Below, piece after piece: positions 1 through 21,008 of a stretch of 64,000 bases of DNA. The translations under genes were made by a program, and so were the position numbers. Each line of letters begins with the position of its first letter. The stretch's first letter is position 1. The notes under the pieces were generated by a model that was not told the DNA's origin, made no database searches, and saw nothing but the letters and a program-made list of their open reading frames with translations. The stretch comes from Bugula neritina. Taxonomy: Eukaryota > Animalia > Bryozoa. The stretch covers positions 496,001-560,000 of the forward strand of contig OZ037769.1 in the NCBI GenBank assembly GCA_964035545.1. The letters are read 5' to 3'.

Positions 1-156
1 GTACAACTTTATCTTTGTGTCGGTATTTTGAAAATGATATTTTATAGATAAGAAAAATTCATAAACAAATTAAAACAGTTGCATAAAAGTTTAATATTTA
101 AGAATATTTTTTAAGTTCATGGCAAGAGAATTAAGCAGAGAATTTTATTGCAACAG

Positions 157-1841
157 GAGGACGTGTTCTATCCAAGCAAAGACACGGGATTTGTGGACTC
201 GGACGGATGTATTGTGAGTCGCACAGGAAGTGAGAATGTCAAGAATGTGAAAATCATCAAACTGACGGTTAAGAGCATAAAGGTAATCTGGTTATTGATA
301 ATTGTGTTTCTGTGAAACAAAGAGCCAAATATGAAACACATTTTAAATTAGAATTTCATTCAAACCACAATGATAAAAGCATTGTAGTTACTGGCTTATT
401 AAAATGTGGCAGTCTCACATCTTAACACAGGTATAGTTGATGCAGCAAGCTAGTAAATTATTCACTGTATTGGCAGGTGAGCAACGTTACTCTGATCTGT
501 ATCAACAACTGGTTAGATGATGGAAACTCTCCCTTCCCTAAACCTGCGTCTCTCCTCTCTTACCTGGGAACTCTGGAGAAATATCAACAGTGGACTGGAG
601 ATGAGAAGATATGCATAACTGACTTGTAAGTCTCCGTCACATGCTGCCTCTTGTCACTTGCTGCCTGTTTCCTTTACACGCTTCCAGCTGAATTTATAGG
701 TTTATGTGATACTCAGTTTAGAATTACTGTAAAATCGTGAACTTGACAGAAACAAGGAAGTACATACTGCTGGTTATCAACATTTTAAGAAGCTATCTTA
801 AGTATCTATAAACCTGATGTTTGGGTCATTATTTTACTAGTAAAGTCTGCCAAACCAACATACCATATCATAACACATGCTAGAATCATTTTAAAGCATC
901 CATCTGTTAGCATTCGACAACAAAAACAGTGACTGAAGCAAAATATTAATTTCATTTCACTTGTTTAGGATAATAAATTATTTGGTTCATCACTCAACTA
1001 CCTACGTATATCTCCAGGGATATTTCTAGACTTATTTTTCACTTGATGATTACGACATCAAATATAAAATATTTGCTTCAGGGATGGCAGCAGCAGATGT
1101 GGTCTCTTCATCTGTGCGTATGACGCTGTGGAGAAGCTGAAAACTGAACAGGAAGTAAATGTTTACAGCACTGTTCTACGAGCAAGACAAACCCGCCCAC
1201 AGTTTACTTCTAATCTGGTGAGTCATTTTGGCTTTTACTTTTCATTTCACTAAAAGCAAAAATTGTTATTTTTCTAACTAGGAATTATATTTAGAAGTCG
1301 CAATTGATCAAGAAAATAAGCAAATAAATGATAATAAATGAATAAATAGTAATAATTCAGATAAAATTTTCACATTTGTAAGTATGTATGTGGAACTAAA
1401 GAATTGTTTTTACTTTTTTTTAAATTTCAACTAGATTATTTCTGAACAAATAACTAAATTACAAAACATTGCCAGATATTGGTATTGGTATTGTTGCAGC
1501 TTTCATAATAAGGTACTAAGTTTGTTAGCCTTAATTCTACCAGAGTTGATGAATTTGGTGTATAGCTTCTTTAGCAATCCCATTACAAACATAGGTTGTA
1601 TTTTATGCATTATATCAAAAGAAAAGATTTTCAAAGGATTATCCTGTTTTCTTATTAGCTAGGATATATCAGTATTGACTCTCTGTATTATTGAATATAT
1701 GTATATATATTACTGATTTTCTATATTACTGACTATTTATATCTGTTGATGTTGTAGGAAAGTTACAAGTATCTCTACAACCTTCTGCAAGCTTACATTG
1801 AAGGCTTCTCTAAATATGGCAACTTCAAAGTTATAAACTGA
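157..1841 (+). CDS. Gene A: 3' part (D2 pseudophosphatase domain and C-terminus) of a receptor-type tyrosine phosphatase; 5' part lies outside the window
   Basis: GT-AG exons 157-282, 477-625, 1082-1217, 1758-1841 join in frame: EDVFYPSKD...ICITDLDGSSRCGLFICAYDAVEKLKTEQEVNVYSTVLRARQTRPQFTSNL-ESYKYLYNLLQAYIEGFSKYGNFKVIN*. Nearly identical, introns included, to exons 28-31 of gene C. Confidence 0.9.
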
Positions 1842-1887
1842 TTTGGGGAAAATTTCAGATTCATATTTATATAATTTATTGTAAAAC

Positions 1888-1972
1888 TTTTGCCCCACTG
1901 GGATTTGAACCCGAGACCACTGGCTTGCAAGCAGGTGCACTACCATTACACCACAGAGGCTATTGGGTAAAC
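1888..1972 (-). mobile_element. tRNA-derived SINE-like element (family 1) in the 3' UTR of gene A
   Basis: Reverse complement has an A box (TGGTGTAATGG) and a B box (GGTTCAAATCC) but imperfect stems. It is absent from the homologous 3' UTR of gene C (~32590) and resembles the copy at 25045-25130. Confidence 0.7.
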
Positions 1973-4189
1973 TCATCAGTATATTTACTACTTGAACAAA
2001 ATATGATTAGTCTTCCTTACTCATTCATCATCAAAATATTTATCTCAAAAATTATTTGCGACTTTAATATATGATATAACTTGTTTACGTTTACCTCACA
2101 TTATCAATATATTATTTTAATATCACTTTTATAACTCTGTCTTTTGGCTGTTTTACACACTTATGTAACACTGTTTTGATTTTTCATTTTATTTTTAATT
2201 TATTGTTAATTCAGCCTGGAATGAATAAACACTTGGTTATATATATTGATTTCAGATTTAGAATATACAACACATGTGATGGAATAAAATTATTTCAAGA
2301 AATATTTTTATGCTTTATAAAATTTGCTATATTGGTTCAAGAATATTTAGTATTATATAACTTGAGAGACATGAGTAACTATTTGCTACGTCAATAACCT
2401 GGATGTGAGTTACTCTTATGACGAACATGTGATTACAAGAAAGTTTAAATGACGTGATGCAGTGGAGAAAAAGAAGATTGTACAAGAAGTCATTTCTTAG
2501 AACACTTTCTGCTGATGCATCACTCAGTTGATATACACAACGTACGTATTATCTTATGCAGACATGAGCTGTAGTAGGAAGAGTACTGTTGCACCACATC
2601 TGTGCTTTAAGGTCCATCTTCTAACCTTAGAAACCAAATCCATTAATTACACTTTACTTCTCCTACACCATGATACCTGTCATAATATTAAATCTGCTAC
2701 CACTAATGGCTGGTATTCTAAGAATTTAACTTTTATTGAAACTATGGAATTAGAATATAAAAACAGATGTACTTGCAGTTAGTATTTGCCAGGGTTTAGC
2801 GTACTTGAGATGCAACTTTTTAATGCAGACATGAAAAATTGCTACAACATTAGGCCGTAGCATTAAATATGTCAGCTGGTAGATTGTGATCTACATAAGT
2901 ATCTATAAAGAACGAGAAAAAAGACATTTTCTTTGGTTTTCTGGGTAATTCCTTTATCACACATTGGTTATTGTAATATAGGTGCTAATGTTCAAACAAA
3001 CTGCAAGGGTTTAGATGGGGAGGATAACTTTTCATTTATCTGCTCAGTCTCCATTCTTTGATAGCAAAGATGGAGTTTGAGGAACTTGCCCTACATATTC
3101 AGGTGACCCAATTTTATAGTAATTTCCTGTAGGTATATATCTATATTTTTAATTTCCATAAATTCTAGTTTAACCGATATAACTAATTTGAGCAAATTAA
3201 AAAAATTAAAACAAGAATGTCTAAATAAATCTTAGGTAATCATTATTATAGAATTTGTTGCAGAACAGCTTCAAGAACTTCTTTACTGAAACCACTATAT
3301 AACTTCAGACATATGTTATCTTCTCTCTACCTGTATAAGGGAAGGCTGACAACTCCTACTATATGACCATACATGGCAAAAATATTGTTTCCTAATTGCA
3401 TTTTCAACAAGATTTGAGATAGTAATATTATAGTTGTGCTATAATATAAACTTAGTATATACGTCACATTCATAAAATAAAATGAATGGATACATAGTCA
3501 AATTAGAATTTCTCTTTATATACCTTTTAGCATAGAAAAAAGGTAAAAATATAAATATTAGAAACAATTTTGTAGGGTTTACTCATTGCTCTGCACAAAC
3601 GATAGCTGAGTAGTTGCAGGTGAATAGATATTTTATTGGAATGAGTTAAATACACATGCAGTTTGCTGAATAAAATAAAATGAAAAATTATCCTTTTGTC
3701 TAAAAAAAACAAACTAAAAGTATTATTAGTGATTCCAATATGACAGTACTTGTTAGTTTTACTACTTCAATACCACACAGGATAGTATCATTATTATATT
3801 AAACATTTGCGGTACCTTATAAATGTGAAAACATTGCAAATAAATTGAATTATCTGCATATTAGGTTTCGAATTTGTAATTTACTCATAATTTCAAAATA
3901 TTCAGCAGTTTTGCTTTATCCAGTACTAACAGAAAAATGTTAAGATATAGCTACAGCAAAAATCAATTTTCGAAATGTTGTTTTCAACTTTTACTCATTC
4001 AATAACTCCATGCAAAGCATACTTACTTGAGTGGAAAAACAACCACTACTACACTACTATTCTATCAGTATATCCTTGCATCAATATATTTACTGGATTT
4101 GCTGTAAGGCAGGCTAATTACTATTTGTTATATGTGCTTGGTGAGGACAACTTCTTATATACATAGAAAATATCCTGGAATAAGTGCAC

Positions 4190-4648
4190 AATTATATAAC
4201 CAGCTATTAGCTTGCATTTAATAATCTAGCGATCAGGTATTGTTAGGAATTTATTGGCTTTTTGTTTAGCTGCTTTATACAAACTGAAAGCTTGATGATC
4301 AAAGCTGGGTGTAATTGTACACATTACAATATTAAACAAACAATACAATACAATATAATAATATGTTTATACAGCTCAAGGAATGTGCTTAGCTAGTAAA
4401 TGTGATTTACTGTATAGAATTTGTATACGGTATTCACAGATTATTAGTCTCATTCAAGGCATATCAATATCATGAGGTGGGGAAATACTTTTATGGTGCC
4501 CAGGCTAAAGTTAGAAGGTTACTGCAAGATACTTCCTTTTTGAATACAGATTTACTTCAGCAATTACCCACTTACCTTTGAGAACTGAAGTATGCTAGTT
4601 TATCTAATGGCGATTTCACTACCTTAACTTGCTATTTCATAATAGAAG
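4190..4648 (+). promoter_or_regulatory. Upstream / 5' UTR block of gene B, duplicated upstream of gene C
   Basis: About 450 bp align with 13940-14398 (e.g. aaactgaaagcttgatgatcaaagctgggtgtaatt; caaggaatgtgcttagctagtaaatgtga) while most B/C introns do not align. The regulatory role is inferred. Confidence 0.55.
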
Positions 4649-13273
<8,625 letters not shown>

Positions 13274-13939
13274 CTATCAGTAAGCATGATAAAAAATTTC
13301 TGATCTTATATAATATAATATGCAGATGTGATTTAAAACACTAGAAAAATATTATAACTCACATAACAATTTCTCATTCACATGTACAGCATATTTCACA
13401 CAAGTCTATATAAGCATTTTTTCTAGCTCAATGCTATTTTTCAACATTAAATGAATTTTTAGAGATTTATTTGATGCGATTATTTTTTCTTTAGGTTTGA
13501 GTGTTGTTCTTCTTGTATTATTATATTTAACATTTTCCTATGTGTAGTACTTATGCAATATAAACATTTTATTGTTACATATTCCTAATATCATATAACA
13601 CTTTACTTTTTATATTAAATCATTGTACACATAAAACTAAAATATTCTTGCATTTTTCTAAAAAGAAGGAAGCAAAATTAATAGGTATCGATATATTTGT
13701 AAAAATTATAGTGAATTACTGTCAAGTTAAAACTGAATGATAAATAAGGGACCCATGCATATCTGAAAGTTGACTAAGTGGACTTTTTAAGCAGTTGGTC
13801 AAAGGCCATGATTGTTCTGGGCTTTGCAGTCACCACTTTCTAAATCAACTGCAGAAAGTAAATTACTCAACAGTACAACATCTATCATAGGTTTTGTGAA
13901 GACAACTTCTCAAATATACATAATAAACCAAAATAATAG

Positions 13940-14398
13940 AAAATTATACCAGCTATTAGGTGCCACTTACAACAGTCTAGTGATCAAGTATTGTTGGAAC
14001 TCTATTGGCTTTTGTTTAGCTTCTTTATATAAACTGAAAGCTTGATGATCAAAGCTGGGTGTAATTTTACACTTCACAATACTAAACAAACAATACAATA
14101 CAATAGAATATATTTTGTTAATACGACTCAAGGAATGTGCTTAGCTAGTAAATGTGACTCAATGTATCGAATTTGTATTCACTTATTAAGTTTACAGGTT
14201 ATTAGTCTCATTCAGGACATATCAATATCGGGAGGAGGGTAAATTTGTTCATTAGTGCTTAGGCTAAGGTTAGAAAGTTATTGTAAGTACTTCCTCTTTG
14301 AATAAGACACTTGCTACTGCATTCTAATATTAGTAGAGAGAGCTGAAATATGCTAGTATATATCAGAGAGCTCACTTGACTTGTTATACTCTCAGAAG
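13940..14398 (+). promoter_or_regulatory. Upstream / 5' UTR block of gene C, homologous to 4190-4648
   Basis: Direct alignment with the gene B upstream region, ending in the same agaagATG context. Confidence 0.55.
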
Positions 14399-17300
14399 AT
14401 GTATTGGAGGGTTTCTACTTTCAGTTTGCTGGCTGTTCTCCTGTTGTTTGGCTTCACATCAGGTAAGAAAACCTGAACTCTTATAAACAGAGTTCACTAA
14501 TTATAAATGTTCTATAGTTTTGTTGTATTATTCATTATTTAATTCGTAGTTTGATATGGATAACAAAAAGGGTGGCTATATCGTCACTTTATGACTACAT
14601 TAACTGAGGTTTATCTGAAATGTGTTTATCTTAATGAGTGTCATCCCCCCCTTACATGCTTCTTATATGTGGCAGCTGACAGTAAAGGATATGGATGTTA
14701 TAAATTCATAACTCAAGTGTGTTATTGATTTAACCTAAATAGTTTTCAATTGAATTATTATAGTGTGCTCCTTCAACTCTGTCATTATATATATATAATG
14801 TAGTTGTCAAAAACTAACAGCTTATATTTATAAAAATGTCACAAATTGACAGCCATATACTGTAGATTGCACGTTGTAAAGCATATTTATAGTGCTTCAA
14901 ATAATGTATCAAATCAACAAAAATGTTGCTAACCCGCAAGATTGCTGGCCATGGCAACAGCTAATTGCTACAAGTTTAACAAACAGTTTCCTATAGTATA
15001 CCAGTACCAATTAGTTTATTATGCAAGCTCCTAGATAAGAGTCATGACTCGTTTTGTGGTCATCATTATATTGATACGCATGGATCTAATGCCATTGCAA
15101 CTCTATTGAATTTGTAGGCTTCAGCAGAAATAACTATATGATATAGATGTTGATCTACATATAAAGCTAATACAAAAATGTGTATATTGAAGTTAAACTG
15201 AACGGTCTTTGAGCATGCTGGCCCTTTAAATTTCTTTATCTGCAGATTCATGCATATCCTTTTTTCTCATTTATAGTATTAACTTATATGACATTTTCAA
15301 TAGTTTTTATAAATCGTAGCTTCTCTCACATCATATACTGCAGTGTGCACTACGTTTGGGACCTGGCCAAGCTTGTTAATTGCTTAAAATAACAATGCTA
15401 CCACAAGCTACTTGCTAAGCAATAATAACTGGTATTTGGGCATAGAAAGATAATTTCATTGAACTTTATAAAATTTCTTTGCTATTGCTGACTTTTAATC
15501 TAGTTTAAAATGCTTTGTTATTGTGAATTTAAAAGATATATGTTATATGCTAGAAGCAAAAAGAATAATATTATATCTTATTCAACAGCATAATTTATAG
15601 AGGAAGTACAAGCTGAGACTTGAAAAACAGTATTTCCATTGCTTTGTGGCTGTTGTTTGCACTAATTTATGGTTCTGGTTTTATTCAATGTAACTTATAT
15701 ATTCCCAAACACGAGAAGTCTATTCAAACAATTGTACTTTTGTATATATAATTACTTCACAGCTTTTATATGTAAATTACTGTTTGGTATAATAAACTAC
15801 TATACAGCTGTTTATACTCTCTATAGATTGACAATTAGGGCAATAGAAAGCATATGTCTATTGTGACTCCCAAATTAATTAGAGCATTATAGAAGTAGTA
15901 GAGAGATAGAGATCATTGTATATGTAACTAAATTCTGCATCTGTATTTCTCAGCCTCCACAAACTTAGCCAAGGGAAAATACACATACAGCAGCACATCT
16001 ACAGATGAGTCTCATAGACCTCCAGAAGCAATAGATGGAGAGAGTAACTCCTACTTTCAGAGTTCAACTTCTGCTAATCAGTGGTGGAGAGTGGATCTTG
16101 GAGGATCTTATTATGTTGGAGTCATTAAAGTGTACAGTTCACAATGTAAGACGCTTTATGGGTATATTTTTAAATAAAATATATAGTTTTATTTCTAGAA
16201 TTACTCAATAAAATTAAAATCTGATGTTGGTTTTAATTTAATTTGTTTTAATTCAAGTTTCTCGGTATATTAATATGCATCGCATGCAGGGAGTAACAAT
16301 ATTACAGCTTGAAGGTGTTTTTGTCGGAGCTTTTCCAAAATTTTCTTTTCAAAAATTATTTGGTCTTCAATTTTTTATGTCATGTCATCTACTGCTGCTG
16401 GCATGAGTCTATGATAAGATGCCAGATCTTCTTTAGCCGTTATTATAGTAACAGTTATGTGTAGCCAAAGTTTGAGGTTGAACAATAAACTTTATCTCTT
16501 TGATTTTTATATAAAGCAACATATTGGATCCTTTTTAATTTATTTAGTTCACATCAGCAAGTTATGACCAAACATTAAAGTTTTCTCAAAGTCCAATAAA
16601 AGTTATTGCATTATATCTGTTTTTTATTTCCTCATTCTAATTAAGCATAACATAAAAATGCTGGGAGGAGATTCCTCAAAATTAAAATGCAGGTCATTTC
16701 ATTATATGAGCTAAATATATATGTATGCGACTGGGATTAAAAAACAGACAAGTTTTCACCCGCCAATTTATTAAAAAAAAAATTTAAAAAAGCTTATAGC
16801 AAATCAACAAAACTTGATATAAAACCTTAATTATTCAGCTTGCGTTTTTTTACTATTCTATTAGTTTAGGGCAAGAAACCATATAGATTAGCTGCCAAAT
16901 TGTGAAAAATAGCTAAAAGCTAAAGATTTAGAGTGTGTACTAAATTAATTAAAATGACCCAATTTGCATTTAATTTTTACAAAATGTTTTACTTATATAT
17001 ATTTGTGCTACAAAGAATAATGCTATATATTATATTTGTGATATTTTCACTGCAAACTATACTGAAATACACGTAAATGCTTTATAACTACTTACGGGCT
17101 ATTCCAGGTGTAAGCTTTTGCTTTTCCATGTTTATGAAATTTCAAAACATAATTGCCTGATGTTATCAGTGATTTTATTTATCTTAATCAATGCTCAACA
17201 ATAATATTACGAAACATTAAAGTTTTCAATTATCGCTTAGCAAAAGTTGTGGCTTCTCCAGAAATGCATGCTAGACTATATTAAAGTCCAACATTTACTC

Positions 17301-20300
17301 CTAATTTTAAAAGAAAATGTTAATTGCTATATATAGCTTATATAATTGACTTATTTACTCATAATCTTTATATATACAAGTCTTATAAACAAAAACTGCT
17401 AACTTAAAATCTATTTTTAAAAACTCTTTGCTCAAATCAAATATTTTAAAATATTGCAGATGACAAGTTCCAGCAAGCCTCCATATTTCTATCAAATACT
17501 GAGACTGTATCAACCTCTCCCCTTGACCTTCCAACCAACACTGACTGGACAGAATCAACTTCACAGTGCAGTTTGACAGCAGATGGTGATGACTTTGTGA
17601 CCTACATAACTTCATCACAAGATGGGAGTTTACCAGAAGCTCGACACATTGCTGTGTACAGTACAAGTAGTGATGGTTTAGTAATCAATGAAGTAGAGGT
17701 CTATGGGTATGGTGAGTGTGGAACTTTACTATATAATATATATCACATCTAATATTAATTGTGATAGCAATTATTATAAGTTTGTTTGCTTTTTAATATT
17801 GTTGCATGACGTACTATTCTATTTTAAAAATTTGAAGTCTTATATAGGCATTTTAAAAATTGCTGGTTTTAAAACAGCAAAAGCATCAACATGTTTGCCA
17901 TATTTTCAGTCTTACTTTTGTATTGAAAGAACAAGTAGGCCTATAATTATATATGTTTCACTTCACCCAATTTATAGTCTTTCTGTGTTATATGAATATA
18001 GTGAAATTACATTTGTGACCTCCCAGCATCAGGACAGCCTTTCACAAGCTATGGGCATATATTTTTTTTACAACTTCTTTCATGCACATATAAATTATTT
18101 AAGCATTTGGACAATGATTTTCTAAATACATGCATGGCAGGCAAAATGCATAAATAAATGCATCTTTCATTTTTACTGCCTGCACTATAAATATAGTATA
18201 TTCATTTCCCAGATATCATTAAAAGCTTGAGCAAAGTTGATGTTTGTTGTATTATAGAAGTACTGACTGGGAATGTGGCTGTTAGAAAGAGTGTCAGGAG
18301 TAATACAGTGAACCCTAGCAACAGGATAGCTGAGAATGCTAATGATGGACTCATAAATAGCAATACCTTCTACAGATCTGCGGATGCTGCTAATCAGTGG
18401 TGGAGAGTTGACCTTGACACTCAGTACTTTATTGTGGGAGTTCTGGTGTATAACCGTGACCCTATAGGTATACTTATTGGTTGTTCCAATAAAGCTAAAA
18501 CAAATATATATAATACAATGGAGATAATATATACCATTAACCCACTGCTGGTTTTTTTGTCCAAAATTAGCAGTTTATTGTGAGAGTTATCATATACAAA
18601 CATGCAAGTCAGACATTGAAATCTCACAAAGTAATATTGTGAATCATAGATAACCGTGTTTGGCCTGCTTACACCTTTATAGCTATATTGTAATTTAATG
18701 TTATAATTATATATTAATAGTCATAGGAAAAAACTTTTCATGAAGTTTTGGTTTTTTCTCAAAGTGAAAATGCTTACATATGTAAATAATCAATCGATTG
18801 AAAATACTTTTTTCAGCAGTTATTTAACTTTCTTACAGTAAAAATCTTGTATATTTCAAATAATACAGCCTTGAATATAATAGTATAAACTTTTGATTGA
18901 ATACCTATAATTGCTATAAGAAAATTAGCCTAACACCCTCATAAAATCATAAAATATATACGCTACAGCATTCTCTCTATCTCTCACCAATTCATTTCTT
19001 ACAGAATTCCATCAATTGTAAAAAGGGCTTAAACCCCTGTTTTATGGCTTATAAAACTCTTTTTGTCTGGGCCCGAACCAGGTGCTTACTATATGCAAAA
19101 GCTCTAACTCCTAGACCTTAACTGCTCCGTTTTGTGGCTTATGTTATATTAATGTGTGCATATAGAGACAATGTGGCAAAATTTAGTGTTTAGTGTAACT
19201 TAAACCTGGTAATCTAATATGCCATGGTTTTGGAACAAACAGCTTAGCTTTTTATATGTGTAATATATATAAAATATTATATGTATAACTGCATGTATGA
19301 GTAATTGTAAAATTCATATAATAGCCTACTATCTTAATATATATACTTGACAGTTTTGCGACCAGACGACTTTCTTGTGAGATTCTCATGTTATGCAGTT
19401 GCAAAGTAAATCATAATTCAAGCTTTAGCAACGGCAACTATAAAGGCATTAGAAATCGAAAGGATGTATAATAAAACAAACACTTTGTAATGCAACATGT
19501 AATTAAAATACATTTTGCTGGTGAAGGATTAGGTTCAGCATTTTCTTCCAAATCACTGGTTTATTATATAACTTACAGTTTTTTATTCATTATTTCTAGC
19601 ACCACGCCTTCAAAAAGCTCACTTATTGGCTGCCAACACAGACATAGATCCTGACCCAGACAACACTGAGTGGACTGAGTTATACTATCAAGATAAAAAT
19701 ATTACTCATTCTATTCCCAACAACTACTTTCAGTATAACCCTATAGCTGAGGGAGATCCTCTCTCAGTATACAGATATGTTGCTGTTTACTCTAAATATT
19801 CACTTGGTCTAGCTATTAGTGAAGTTCTTGTGTTTGGAATTGGTAAGTCTATATCTAGCTAATATATATAAGATGCTAATAAATGGGGCTACAATTGCAC
19901 TAGAAAAGCAAAACTTGCAAACTTTTTGATCCAATAGAAAAGCTAATATAAATACTATTTAAACAAATGACAACTGACGATATAAGATTATTCAAATGTA
20001 TAAAAATTTAGAAGTTTATCACTCTGCTAAGCTGCAGATCAATTATTAGTTATAAAAAATTATAATTTAATATTTCAGGAAAGTCAGAGTTGCTGGTAAA
20101 AACTCTGAAAGCAGAACTCAAAGACCCAGACTGTGTGCAAGTAAACTGGAAGACTCCATTAACTGACAGCTACACTTTTCACTATCAGGTGAATGTGTAA
20201 GACTTTTCACACGTGTGATAAAGAAGAGATTATTGATAGATTGCCGATATATAGTAAATAAATTTTGCTGTATTTATTTGGCAATACTCGTTTTAATCTT

Positions 20301-20948
20301 CGCATTGTGTATATATATGTATTTTATATCATATAGTAACTTAATAATGTTAGGTTTTTCAGCTGCAAGAGAGGGTTCTGTAATAGTTTATGCTTTTCCT
20401 TTAGAAGTAAAATTTATAAAAGTTTCATTTGAAAGTTTATGTATAGATGCTTGCAACTAAATGAAATTATTTTCTTGCTTAGTCTAATCACTTTATTGGA
20501 GTAGTTATATACATGCTAAAAGTCTGCAGTATATAAGTAGGCTTTATAATTCCCAACACCAAATTATTTCTACTTACTATTAAGTTGTGAATTTTTGATG
20601 ATTATTTTTATTTCTCAAAATTATTGCTGTAATTGCTTTTTTAGTTATGAAATTTTCAAAGTTCACAATCCAAGTATCAAAACTGGCAGACAGGAAATAA
20701 ATTGTAAACTGCAAACCTGAAAACTTGCAGGAGATACTCTGATATCTGCTGCTACATTATATAATACGGCGTTATGCGTTTAATTATTTAATTTTAAGTT
20801 AATAAGTTTGCTTTATATAACTTATAAAGCTTCTGTATACTTAATTATAGCAAATATAGCATGTAGTTTGCATAGTTTATATTATAAAACAAACTCTAAC
20901 TTTACTTCAACGTGCAGTTTGCATCCATCAGTTTGTCTACATATAATA

Positions 20949-21008
<60 letters not shown>

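Noticed and set aside
1888-1962. Functional tRNA genes here and at 25055-25128 and 29775-29851
   Set aside because: Acceptor, anticodon and T stems are mismatched and diverged related copies exist, so SINE heads or pseudogenes fit better.
1737-1976. 79-aa minus-strand ORF
   Set aside because: It is the antisense of gene A's last exon plus the SINE, with no independent coding signal.
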